Positions 14,126 through 36,853 of a stretch of DNA of 64,000 nt are shown in pieces; position 1 is the first letter of the stretch; each line of letters starts with the position of its first letter. This DNA is from Amoebidium appalachense (taxonomy: Eukaryota; Protista; Ichthyosporea). The notes below the pieces were generated by a model that did no database searches, was not told where the DNA came from, and saw only the letters and a program-made list of their open reading frames with translations. Made by a program: the position numbers and the translations under genes. The stretch is from NCBI GenBank assembly GCA_963693365.1, contig CAVNZM010000010.1:124001-188000 (forward strand), given 5' to 3'.

Positions 14126-15758
14126 GCCTCCCCCAAAACATACATACACCCACTCCCCTCCCCCTCCCCCCCCCCCCCCCCCCCCCAAATATATATATGT
14201 ATATATATATATATATATACACAAGTTGGCCCGGGCACCCGCTGCGCGGGCGCCAATCAAGGAGCTGCCAGGTGTGACACACTGCATGTCTCTCTGCCTG
14301 CAGTCTGCGGCCCGAACTCACTACCCACCACACATGTACAATCATCAACAGTACTCGAGCTCTCTCTCTCGCTTTAGACTGTCGGGCTTCCTTCCCGCGG
14401 ACATCCTGGCGGCCGGCCGCACCGTGGTCCGTGGGGTCCGGGGGCGGCATCCGGTGGTCGACCCCCAAGATTCGCTTTCATTGCAGTGGTCGGAATTTCA
14501 ACAAAATATTTTCTGATTCGCTGGCGGCTGTTCTGTGACAGTGACACTGCTGTCATACTCGTATATGATGTTTGGTATAGTTTGTGGTCAAAGAAATGCT
14601 GTAAAACAATCTGTTGGTTCCATGGCGTAAGTTCACACACTGCAGACAACCATTACAACTCGGAGTTCGAGTCGACTACTTTGTTTTTGCGCTACGAAAT
14701 TGGTGGGGTTTCTGTCATTTTGCCCCGTTATCAGGAAATTCAGAACAAAATCCTATTGACTGCCTTAACTACAGCATTTTGATGACTGGCTTATGCTGAT
14801 TACAGCTTTCAAGGGCTCGGTGATGTGTCCCTCGGGGTGTTCTGATATACTGATTGGGTAACTCCATTTTAGCAATGTTTTAAATTTTATCCTCCAGTCA
14901 ATGGTCGTAAAGCCTTATCTGATTTCACCGAATCTTGTCACTAGCCTCTGCATTTCATTCTGGGTTGCAATCTAGGACTACTAATCTAAGACTGTGCCGA
15001 TTCTGTGGGTATTTTTATCAGCATCCAATCCCAGATAAGGGAAATCGGCGTAATGAAAGGGAAATGATTCCCTTTACGTTATAAATTTTGAGGCCCCGAC
15101 ACGTACAGGGACACGTACGGGGCCAGCGGCTGCGTCTTGAGACACTCTTTTTTCCTTAGACTGTGCCGGATTCTGTGGGTATTTTTATCAGAATCCAATC
15201 CCAGATAAGTGGAATCGGCGTAATGAAAGGGAAATGATTCCCTTTACGTTATAAATTTTGAGGCCCCGACACGTACAGGGACACGTACGGGGCCAGCGGC
15301 TGCGTCTTGAGACACTGTTTTTTCCTTGTTTTTCTTTTAGATAAAAGTTGAATTTTTCTAAATTTTTGGCCTTATAAGCGTATGAGAATTGAAAAAGAAT
15401 CATTATTGGGCCAGTAATACTGCCTTCATATGATTTTACCTGCTTTCAAAGTCAGCCTGGTCGCATTTCCTAAATTTGGGAAGACAAAAAACACGTACGG
15501 GCACCGCGGGTAGTATTTCAGAGCCTCGTTTTTTATTTGTTTTCTAAGGAATTCATGTGTTTGTAAATTGTTTTGTGTTTATATACTGGCAAATAGCGCA
15601 TATATAGTTTTTGTAGTTTGTCATCGACAACAAAACAGATTTTTCAAGCTCTCAAAGTGGGCCTCAGGGTGACCAGTGATGTTTTTACTCGCATGATATT
15701 GACGTCACGCTGCGAGATTCCGACTTACACGCGACGGGCACACACGCACACACACACA

Positions 15759-15831
<73 letters not shown>

Positions 15832-15873
15832 ACGCGCACACGCACACGCACACACACACACACACACACACGT

Positions 15874-15913
<40 letters not shown>

Positions 15914-16336
15914 TCCCGCCTTCTTACCCCCCCCCCCCCCCCCCCCCCCCCCCCACCCCACCCCACCCCACCCCACCCTCCTCCCACCCCTAGCCCGCCC
16001 CCACACACCCTTCCCCCCCTCCACCTTAACACACACCCACACACACACATATACACACCCACTCACATCCCTCCCCCCACCTCCACCCCCCCCCCCCCCC
16101 CCCCCCCCCCCCCACACACACACATCCCTCTCTCCCTCCCCCCCCTCCCCCCTCCCCCTCCCCCCCCCCCCCCCCCCCCCACCCTGTTTGTTCTTGTGTA
16201 CTTCGTACTTTTTGACGCATTCAAACCCCCCCCCCCCCACCCTGTGGTCACCTCGCCGCGGTATACCACTACCAATACCAGTCCTCATGCATATATATGA
16301 ACTACTGGGACGAGGAATATTCCGGGGCATTAGACG

Positions 16337-16431
<95 letters not shown>

Positions 16432-16914
16432 CGCTGTGTGTGCGCGCGCGCGCGCGTGCGCGCCCGCGCAAGGGGGTCCTGTTGATTCATTCCCCCCTCC
16501 ACACCCCATACGACTCTGCAGGGTCCCCTGAGACTACTGACACTCTAACATTCCCTCACCTCTCTTACTTCATACCCCCCCCCCCCCCCCCCACCCTCCC
16601 CTTTCCCCTCCTCCTTCCCCTCCCATTTTCTCTGCACACTCAACAGGTCTTAACCAGCTCTGCACATCGTTAGTCACAATCTTCTCTCATATATGAGAGA
16701 ATGATCGTATTGGTACGATTTGTCTAATATCTGACGATTCTGCAGCATCCCTAAGACCCCCCTCCCCCCTCCCTCCCCCCCCCCCCCCCCCCCCCCCCTT
16801 TTCTCTCTCTCTCTCTCTCTCCCCTCTTTTTTTTTTTTTTTTTTTTTTTTTTGGCGCCTGTTGTTTTGCTTGTCATTTGTTGTTCTGGTTAATTACCTGT
16901 AATCTTCGCTTATT

Positions 16915-16947
<33 letters not shown>

Positions 16948-17809
16948 TTTGTGCGGGGTTGCACACACCGGTGTCTACTTTTCTTCCTACTGTTTATGTC
17001 TCCACACACTTCATCTGTCCACTTCTGCATACCCCCTTTCATAGCTATAGACATACTTCACACATTGCGTTACGCGCACGCATGCACACACCGCTCTGTT
17101 GGCGACAGCTGCCTTGGAACCCATGCGGCATGTTACCCGCCGGCGTAACATAACTCGGACTATCGGTTTGGCTTTTTTCAAGCCCAAAGCAATGAGCAAT
17201 GGGTGATACCATATTTCCGGCTGACATCCGGGGGCATAGCTTTCCGTTCGAAGACGTTAAAGTTCCGCCCTAGTAAGCGTTTTACTACCCTGCAGCGTGG
17301 GTCAAATCTCATATTTTCCCCTATGATTGCGAATTCTGCGGCCTTCGGGACTTAATTTTTTTCAGCTGGTGTAGTATGTTAGCCAGGGAAGTATCGACTT
17401 AGGTAGCGACGGGGGAGCTTCCTAGAAGCCCCGTCTCCTGAGTTCCCATCTATATTTTTCTTGCTTCTGCTTACTGCTGCAACTTTAACCCCCGGCCTTT
17501 CCCACTGCCCTTGCCTGCATAAGCAACCCTGCTCTTCTCTGATCAAGACGGGTGACCTACCCATGTTCAAGTGAAACAGTATCTGAGTTGGGTTTCGTCA
17601 ACGAGGTGAATAGGGCGAAACTTGGGTACTGTGGATGACGTGGGCCCCCCCTGAGGATGGGCTCTGCTTATTATGCATACTCTTTATGTTTGGCTTGCAT
17701 TCTGCATCGTGTTATCCGTTTGTTCTTGTGTACTTCGTACTTTATGACGCATTCAAACCCCCCCCCCCCCCTCCCCACATGGTCTGCAGGAGAGAGGGAG
17801 GGAGGTGGT

Positions 17810-17847
<38 letters not shown>

Positions 17848-18444
17848 TGGGGTTGAGAGAGAGAGAGACTCTTGCCTGGTTCATGTTCAGACCCGTCTCG
17901 TGCACGTGTGAGGTTAAAGTGCGTCTGGGGGTGGTTGCTGTCACTAGCGGCTGCCCGGTATTTGGTGAATGCAGGCTGCAGGGCGAACCATGAGTCGGGC
18001 AGAGAAGAGGTGTGGGGTGTATATGGTGGAGTGTGGTGTGTGTTAACTTTCTCAAATGTCACACAAATGCCATCACAATCACGGACAAGTAGATCACTCA
18101 TATGAGCAAGTAGAAAAGGGAAACCACCACATTTTATTGTTCTCATCACTGTGTATGTTTTGGCTTCAAAGTATTTAAGTGTAGCTTGTTGAAGCTTACA
18201 CATCGACCGTAAAACTAATAATTCCAAGTTCACTCATAGCCCATGCGGGAACAATATGCATTTTCATGCCCCCGCCCCCCCCAATCTTTCATTCTTAACC
18301 CCCAATCTTTCATTCTTTGGCTCCTTGTGTCCCGGCTTGAAATGCACACTAACCCCCCCCCCTCCCTCCAACCACCCACCCACCCACCCACCCACCCACC
18401 CATCCATACACCCACATCACACACATGCACATGCACACATCCAC

Positions 18445-18495
<51 letters not shown>

Positions 18496-18554
18496 TCCCT
18501 GCCTCCTCCCTCCCCCTGCCCCCTGCCCCCGCACACACATCCCTGTCCCACACC

Positions 18555-18612
<58 letters not shown>

Positions 18613-18755
18613 ACACCCAGGTCTACTCGTCTCTTGCATATGGTGGGCCCCATCTAGCCATGCAGATCAAGAGGGACCTTGCCAGACTGCTCAAACAGGA
18701 TGGATACACGGCAGTGGGTGACGCAGTGGGGGCAGACCACAGGAAAAAGGATTAA
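2814..18755 (+). CDS. DHODH: Dihydroorotate dehydrogenase (quinone), mitochondrial class 2; 15 exons, 432 aa
   Basis: Exons 2814-2857, 3705-3780, 4514-4639, 6021-6114, 6791-6876, 7586-7618, 8742-8821, 9338-9401, 10036-10125, 10748-10831, 11401-11457, 12005-12080, 12866-13038, 14010-14090, 18621-18755 join in phase (1299 nt). The protein starts with a presequence ([15 protein letters not shown]) and TM helix. Class-2 motifs follow: [67 protein letters not shown] (catalytic Ser), [37 protein letters not shown]. Confidence 0.96.
5611..5908 (+). mobile_element. 5'-truncated copy of poly(C)-associated retroelement-like repeat, subfamily A
   Basis: Near-identical to 17460-17757 and 51000-51297. 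It starts directly after a C run and ends GTACTTCGTACTTTTTGACGCATTCAAA followed by poly(C). Confidence 0.8.
9926..10030 (+). repeat. Short degenerate tandem repeat (ATATGGACCTAATTTGGAC-like) just upstream of a DHODH acceptor
   Basis: GGACCTAAT/GGACCTATT/GGACCCAAT units recur from 9933 to 10025, immediately before the CAG at 10033-10035. Confidence 0.6.
11573..11780 (+). mobile_element. Diverged subfamily A copy whose internal C run has expanded
   Basis: Reads cgggtactgtggatgacgtg, then a long C-rich tract, then aggatgggtctgtttattatgcatactctttatg...gtacttcttactttttgatgtgttcaaa. Confidence 0.7.
13089..13218 (+). mobile_element. 5'-truncated poly(C)-associated repeat, subfamily B
   Basis: tgggccctccctgaggatgggctctgcttatgac...gtacttcgtaccgtgttccgcattcaaa, with poly(C) on both sides. 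Matches the reverse copy at 34415-34698. Confidence 0.75.
13618..13758 (+). mobile_element. 5'-truncated poly(C)-associated repeat, subfamily A
   Basis: cgaagttcgggtactgtggatgacgtggg...gtacttcgtactttatgacgcattcaaa, lying between C tracts. Confidence 0.8.
14989..15327 (+). repeat. Two near-perfect tandem copies of a roughly 170-bp unit
   Basis: agactgtgcc...gagacact(c/g)tttttttcctt starts at 14989 and again at 15158. Each unit contains the hairpin GGCCCCG-acacgtacagggacacgta-CGGGGCC. Confidence 0.9.
16186..16225 (+). mobile_element. Minimal 40-bp 3'-end copy of the poly(C)-associated repeat
   Basis: gtttgttcttgtgtacttcgtactttttgacgcattcaaa, with poly(C) on both sides. Confidence 0.7.
16510..17757 (+). 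mobile_element. Long (about 1.25 kb) copy of poly(C)-associated retroelement-like repeat, subfamily A; non-coding
   Basis: Colinear and near-identical to 49944-51297 apart from microsatellite lengths. It ends CGCATTCAAA followed by poly(C) and has no credible ORF. Confidence 0.85.
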
Positions 18756-18936
18756 AAAGGGTTAAATCATAATGGTGCTTTATCATTTTGCCCCGGACGA
18801 GGGAGGGGAAGGGAATTAACTGTGTAGAATTTGATCGTTCTGTATTGTTCGTTGGATGATGGGGGTTCATAGGAAGCGTGAACAAGATTGCGGTGTCGCT
18901 CCCTGACAATCTCCAAACTTGCGGGTTTTCTGTGTT

Positions 18937-19007
18937 AGCATCCCGGGGGTTTTGACTGAGAACCCTGTGGTTGTTTGGTTTTTTTTTGTTTGTTTGGGGG
19001 CCCAAGT

Positions 19008-19038
<31 letters not shown>

Positions 19039-19043
19039 TTGTG

Positions 19044-19119
<76 letters not shown>

Positions 19120-19225
19120 TGAGCATCCCGGGGGTTTTGACTGAGAACCCTGTGGTTGTTTGGTTTTTTTTTGTTTGTTTGGGGGCCAAGTTGGTTGTGT
19201 GTGTGTGTGTGTGTTTGTGTGTGTT

Positions 19226-19283
<58 letters not shown>

Positions 19284-19465
19284 TGTGTGTCACACACGGT
19301 GTGTGTGTGTGTGCGTGCGTGCGTGCGTGAGCATCCCGGGGGTTTTGACTGAGAACCCTGTGGTTGTTTGGTTTTTTTTTGTTTGTTTGGGGGCCAAGTT
19401 GGTTGTGTGTGTGTGTGTGTGTGTGTGTCACACACGGTGTGTGTGTGTGTGTGCGTGCGTGCGTG
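18937..19465 (+). repeat. Three tandem copies of a roughly 190-bp unit (AGCATCCCGGGG...GGCCAAGTTG plus (GT)n/(GCGT)n)
   Basis: The unique core agcatcccgggggttttgactgagaaccctgtggttgtttgg occurs at about 18937, 19122 and 19330, downstream of the DHODH stop. Confidence 0.9.
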
Positions 19466-19817
19466 TGTGGGTGTGGGTGGGGTGGGTGTGTGTTGGGGGA
19501 GGGGGGGGGGGGGGGGGGGAGGGGGGGGGGCAAGGATATGTTTTTATCTGATATAGATAGAGCAAGTTTCGCAGCATGTATATTTGGTGCCATATGTTGT
19601 ATCATAGCAGTAGAACAATTGGGTAGGTGTGTAACATGTTCACGTGTTCATGTCAGAGCGACGGATATCCAGGAGAATAAACACCTACCTACATGTGCAT
19701 ATATATGTAATGCGGACACGTGATTGAGTGCATAGAGTTCACGTGATTTTTTTTTTTTCTCTCTCTTTTTTCTTTTCTTTTCTTCTTCAGTTCTCGTTCT
19801 TCTTCTTCTTTCTTTCT

Positions 19818-19849
<32 letters not shown>

Positions 19850-21777
19850 TTAAACTGTGTACACTACTGTATATGCATATGTACTGAAAGAAAGAAGCTT
19901 TCTTTTTTTTTTTTTCTTTTTTTTTTTTTTTAAACTGTGTACACTACTGTATATGCATATGTACTGCGGACACGTGATTGAGTGCATAAAATTCACGTGA
20001 TTTTTTTCTTTTTCTTTTATTTCTCTTTTCTTTCTCTCTTTCTTTTCTTTTTTCTTGAAAACTGTGTACCCCTGAGACCAGTAAGCGTCAGCTGCACGTG
20101 TGCTTTTAATGCCACTCCAGTCATAATCACGTGGTGTTTTCTGTATGTGCATAAGTGGTGTCCCTGAGTATGTTTGAGGTGGTGTGATCGTATGTGCACG
20201 TGTTTCACGGCTAGATCCCCCTCCCTTCTCTGCCATCAAGCTTAGAAATCTCCTGAGATATATCTTGTAAGTTCCCACATGGCGAACCAATAGAGATCTA
20301 GTATAGAATTGAATATTAATTAATAGTCGGGGAACTGGCTGAAATTAAGCTACAATTACATTTGTGCATCCGCAGTCTAAACCACGCGTGGACGTGTTGT
20401 GTATTTGCCTGTTTGATTCTTTCTTTTTTTTTTTTTTTTTTTTTTTTGCACAGCCTAAAAGGTGCAAATTTCAAACTCAGATATGCCAGCTGTCCTTCAG
20501 AGTGGTCATAAGTAGAGCACGGCGTTCTAGTTTTCGAACAATCCGACTGGGCGGCAGAAATAGGAAGCTAAAAATAGAACTAAATAGGGGGAGCAGCCCG
20601 CGCCTAAGGCGTCGCACAGCAACTTGCGCAGATGTGAAACAGACAGAGAACTGATATGCTTGTGTGATATGTATGTGTGTGCATGTTTGCGTGTGGGGAG
20701 CCTATTAGAGGGCATACAAAAAAATTTACGGGAAAGAAAATGTTTGCTTGCGCATGCAGGGAGGACTCAGTGATATACAGTGAGCATTGGGCATTCCGAA
20801 AACACGCCCTCAACGTTATAAAGAGTTTACGGAATATGAAGTCAGATATTGATTTACACAATTTACGCATTTGCAAGGGCGTTTACCCCTTCGACTTGCA
20901 TGTAAGCATATGCAGTAGCAAGCCGTTATGTTTTTCGCTTGCTCATGAACTATACTTGTGCATTATTGCGTATTTCAATAATAAAAGCTGGCGTAAAGCA
21001 TAATATTCATATACAGCTACCACATATTATAATATGGAAGCATCATGATCAGGATATATCTCAACACATGTTTATATACTGGAAAACTACCGTAATTCGG
21101 CTGAAAGTTTACGTTTTGGGGGGGACGCAAAACACCTTGAACGCCCGGGCTCCCGGCTCATGAACAGGGTGTTAACAATACCCAAAATAGCGATATTTAC
21201 GACGACAAAAATTCGAAAGCAATAAAATGTGGGCCGTTAATTAGTGTAATAGGACCGGAAAGATATTAGATCTTCCGGGTGTTGTTTCGTTACCGATTCC
21301 AACGCCAAACCCTGATAAACGAGACACGATGTACAAAAATAACCGCCAAAGACCGAGTCAGTGACACAGACACTATTAAACTGTTTTCACCCTTGAGAAA
21401 ACACTTTCACTTTAAGAGCGCATAGGTGTGGATGGGTTAGCGCGTGGATGACAGCCTAAGCCTAACGCTTGTTCTTGAGTGTCTGAAGTAGAAGCAACAC
21501 GCTAACTTCACACATCACCGTCAACGACTTTACCTGTTTTGCATGTAGACTTTCAATTCAAACCTTGCACGTGTCATCGGATTTCGCCCCGTCACTCACA
21601 CATTCAGCCACCAATCTCCACGGTTCTGCCTCCTTCCCTTCCCTCCCCCCCCCCCCCCCCCCCCCCCCCCCCCGTCCCAGCTCTCATCCCTAAGCTCCAC
21701 TGCCCCACCCAACTCAAAACACCCGGTTACCACAGCCAATTTGCTTCCCTCTTTCGGGGTCAAACAAAGCATCAAAC

Positions 21778-33264
<11,487 letters not shown>

Positions 33265-33992
33265 AAGGTGGACGGAATGGAATAGGACCCCGGGCAGATC
33301 TAGGGGGAGGGGGGGGGGGGGGGGGAAGGGGGGAGGGGGGGGGGGGAGAAGGGGCGGAAGCTGGGAAAGGGGGAGGAGGGGAGGGGGGGGGGTGTTCATG
33401 TAAGAGTAGTTTTTTATGGCATTTCCGCACATCACCCTGGGACTATGATAGTTATATTAGTGTTGTATGGCGCATGTTGTAGTTTGTGTGATGACAGACA
33501 GTACAAGATGTATTAAAAGAGTGTGTATGTATTCTCGTCACACATTTTATTATATTTTTTATGCTGTTTATGCTTGATATGGTGGGTGCTAATAGATACA
33601 CACCACCTTTACTACCTTGGGCATACTATTTTTTTTTGAAGGTAGGGGGGGTGAGGGGGGGGGGGGGGGGGGGGGGGGGGGAGTGTTGTTGTTGTGGTTA
33701 TTATCCCAGCTGAAGACACACAACACGATCGACCAGTTTATAGAATGATGTGGTTATTTAGGGGTCTTTTGCATCTGATGATTCAGTATCTCTTTCTTTC
33801 ACAGCAGCTACACGTGTATGGTGTCATTAATACCATTGTATGTATATAGGAATTTGTAACGCAACAGTAGGCATTATCGTTGATGGCCTGCTGACAATAT
33901 GCAGCATCACGTGCACTTCATATGCTTGGGCCAGGACGCCAGAAAAAGCCTGGAAAGGACTGTGAAATATAAACCATCCACATGTACTTAAT

Positions 33993-34236
33993 GTACATCG
34001 GCGATTGAGATATGCAAGTGATGGTGCGTACATGCGTGACCGTCAAGTGTGAATCGTGCCAATGGGCAATTAAGTACATCGGCGATTAATATTGAGATAT
34101 GCAAGTGATGGTGCGTACATGCGTGACCGTCAAGTGTGAATCGTGCCAATGGGCAATTAAGTACATCGGCGATGGAGATATGCAAGTGATGGTGCGTACA
34201 TGCGTGACCGTCAAGTGTGAATCGTGCCAATGGGCA
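33993..34236 (+). repeat. Three tandem 81-87-bp units
   Basis: gtacatcggcgat...gagatatgcaagtgatggtgcgtacatgcgtgaccgtcaagtgtgaatcgtgccaatgggca starts at 33993, 34074 and 34161. Confidence 0.9.
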
Positions 34237-34414
34237 TGCATGCGCCACGCTCATACAGTGTCACACTATTTTTTTCGAAACTGCTTGACCCCGGAACCCT
34301 GCCTATGTGCATGCTCAAACTTTCATTTCTTTTTACACACCCAAATTTCTAACGTTCACTGAAAGAGTGCATCTGGGCCCTGCGGAGGCATGCATGGGGA
34401 GGGAGGGGGGGGGG

Positions 34415-34698
34415 TTTTGAATGCGGAACACAGTACGAAGTACGCATACACGATGAGAAGCATGGTGCAGGACACATGCAAAGGCAAACATTCAAGTATG
34501 CAGCATCAGCCATGCGCACAGTATGCGTCATAAGCAGAGCCCATCCTCAGGGAGGGCCCAAGTCATCAATTGCGTCTGAGTTTCGACCCCTTAGCCCGCG
34601 TATATACGACGCTCCAACTCAGACAGCAGCATCAACTGAACTTGGGTGGGTCAACCCGTCTTGATCAAAGACGAGCAGGGTTGCTTATGCAAGCAAGG
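34415..34698 (-). mobile_element. Reverse-oriented poly(C)-associated repeat, subfamily B
   Basis: The reverse complement reads ccttgcttgcataagcaaccctgctcgtctttgatcaagacggg...gggccctccctgaggatgggctctgc...gtacttcgtactgtgttccgcattcaaaa, followed by a C run (G run on + at about 34396-34414). Confidence 0.8.
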
Positions 34699-34816
34699 TG
34701 AGCAAAACGGTGAAGATGTATGTGCAAACTAATGCAGTGCAGCGACAAACGCGTATGTGCTTACAGATGCACGACACAGAGCAACCATGCCCGGTTGCAT
34801 GGAAGTAAAGATGTCT

Positions 34817-34853
<37 letters not shown>

Positions 34854-35091
34854 GGGATTTGCCATACATGTAGGTAATTCAACTACAGCTGGCGTTTTAA
34901 TTAACAGACATCGGCATCATACATGTTACATGCCATCGTAGGTAATTCAACTACAGCTGACGTTTTAACAGACATCGGCATCATACATGTTACATGCCAT
35001 TTGTCCATGATATACTTCGTGGGCCCCTTCTTCTTTGTCATTTCCCAATTTTATAATCAGATCTAGAAACCTTATGATCATGGAAGTGAAA

Positions 35092-35134
<43 letters not shown>

Positions 35135-35526
35135 ATGCATATGCTGATATGCATTAGACAGATATATTATTTAGTCACACCCTCTATCGGCTTACTGTCG
35201 CTCGTTTCTATTTCAACTCAATAAAAAAACCAGGTTTTGGTCACTGTGATTAGGTGTTTTCGGATACGTACAAAACCTCTATTTGAGCTATCGTTATCAA
35301 GTTTATTACTACACAGCAACAGAATTCGTTGCTAAAATCTACACATTCGAATTTTTTTAAAATAAAAAAATGGAAGGCATATCATATACAGTACCTTTTT
35401 TTATACAGAGTCGCCAGTATCATCCTAAACTCTCAATACAAAACATTTCATGTTCCGCGCTCAGCCATGGACCAGCCCATGTTATACTCATTTTCTATAT
35501 ATACACTAAAAGCATAATAGGTACGT

Positions 35527-36528
35527 TTAAGCGGCAGGTGCACTACCCGCCATCACCTTAGCCAAAGCATCGCTTGCTTCCTGCGCCCCGCACCTCTTGG
35601 TTGGGTCTGGGTGAAGCATCTTGTACAAAAGCTCACGTACGGCATATGGAAGAGCATCCCACCTCTTCTCCTCGGCAGGGGAGTGCATACCGCGAGAAAA
35701 CATGAGAAACTCGGAATCTTCGTAACTGGCCTTGCTCCACGGAAACCTTCCGGTGATAAGCGTAAACAAAACAATCCCTGCAGAAAACACGTCCGCACTG
35801 GCTAGATCCGTGCACACATTCAAGAAAACCTCAGGGGCAATGTAGGGGACGGTGCCCGATTTCTTCGTCTGGGCGCACTTATCGCTCAAGTTGGCAGCGT
35901 AACCGAAGTCGATGAGCTTCAGCACCGTTCTATCCTTGTTCAGAACGCAATTCTCGCTCTTGATGTCTCTGTGTGCATAGCCCAAACTGTGCATGTGCGC
36001 AACAGCACTCAGCAACTGGTGGGCAAAAGACACGGCTTCGTCAATAGGAAGACCCTTATTGGGGGGGATGTGATCTAGCAAGTCCCCTCCCTCGGCGTAC
36101 TCGATGACAAAAGTGACCTCGTTTGCCTTAGTGGCATCCACATCAAATAAGAAGGCAATGTTAGGATGTGGTACGGAGGAGAGCTTGCGGTGAATAAGCT
36201 CTTCTTTGATTAGAAAATCTACGTTCTTTGTGGTCTTACGTACTCGCTTAAGCGCCACCTGCTCTCCCGTGTATATGTTGTGTCCGAGGTCCACATGGGC
36301 CGTGGCGCCTGTAGCTATGTGTGTTTTGTCTGTTTCGTAAGGAAAAGCAGTCCTTGGGACTTGGATCTCTGTGTTTCGTGTTTGTGTGGTGGACTTCTGT
36401 GTGGTTGGCGGAAGGATCGCTTTAGGCATGCCCATGTGGTTAGCTACATACTTGACTACTTCTGGTGTGATAGAGGGTGTCGGCTCCCCGAACATACAGG
36501 GGAGAAACGAGTTCATAATACTACACAT
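35527..36528 (-). CDS. Intronless Ser/Thr protein kinase, CAMK group (Chk1/CAMKL-like), 333 aa
   Basis: Single ORF with VALK, HPNI, EYAEGGDLLDHIPPNKGLP (compare Chk1 [15 protein letters not shown]), HRDIKSEN, DFG, GTVPYIAPE, DVFSAGIVLFTLITGRFPW and LHPDPTKR. The Gly-rich loop is degenerate (ATGATA). Confidence 0.93.
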   Translation of the reverse strand: MCSIMNSFLPCMFGEPTPSITPEVVKYVANHMGMPKAILPPTTQKSTTQTRNTEIQVPRTAFPYETDKTHIATGATAHVDLGHNIYTGEQVALKRVRKTTKNVDFLIKEELIHRKLSSVPHPNIAFLFDVDATKANEVTFVIEYAEGGDLLDHIPPNKGLPIDEAVSFAHQLLSAVAHMHSLGYAHRDIKSENCVLNKDRTVLKLIDFGYAANLSDKCAQTKKSGTVPYIAPEVFLNVCTDLASADVFSAGIVLFTLITGRFPWSKASYEDSEFLMFSRGMHSPAEEKRWDALPYAVRELLYKMLHPDPTKRCGAQEASDALAKVMAGSAPAA

Positions 36529-36726
36529 TTTGCAGAAAAAACTAAACTAAATACTTTTGAAGAAAAAAAAAACGCATGAATGAATGATTGTGTGTGCTTG
36601 TGGCTGTTCTAAATAGTGGCTGCCTGCCAAGCTATCTTTGAATCTTCTGGCCGCGGTGCTAACAATGCATGATATTGCTCGAATTACAATATTGCTTTAT
36701 CGTATATAATTAACTAAATATGATGG

Positions 36727-36853
36727 ATTGGTGGTTAAGCTTTGTAAGCCGGCGCGTGCCGCTGATTGGTGTACGTGGGAAATTACCCGATTGGATGGAT
36801 GGTAGAAAGCCCTTGCGTCATCCACCAGTAGGCACCGACACGAAACTGATTGG
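36727..36853 (-). promoter_or_regulatory. Cluster of four CCAAT boxes upstream of the intronless kinase
   Basis: ATTGG on + (CCAAT on -) at 36727, 36765, 36790 and 36849, 200-325 bp upstream of the ATG. Function is inferred only. Confidence 0.35.
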
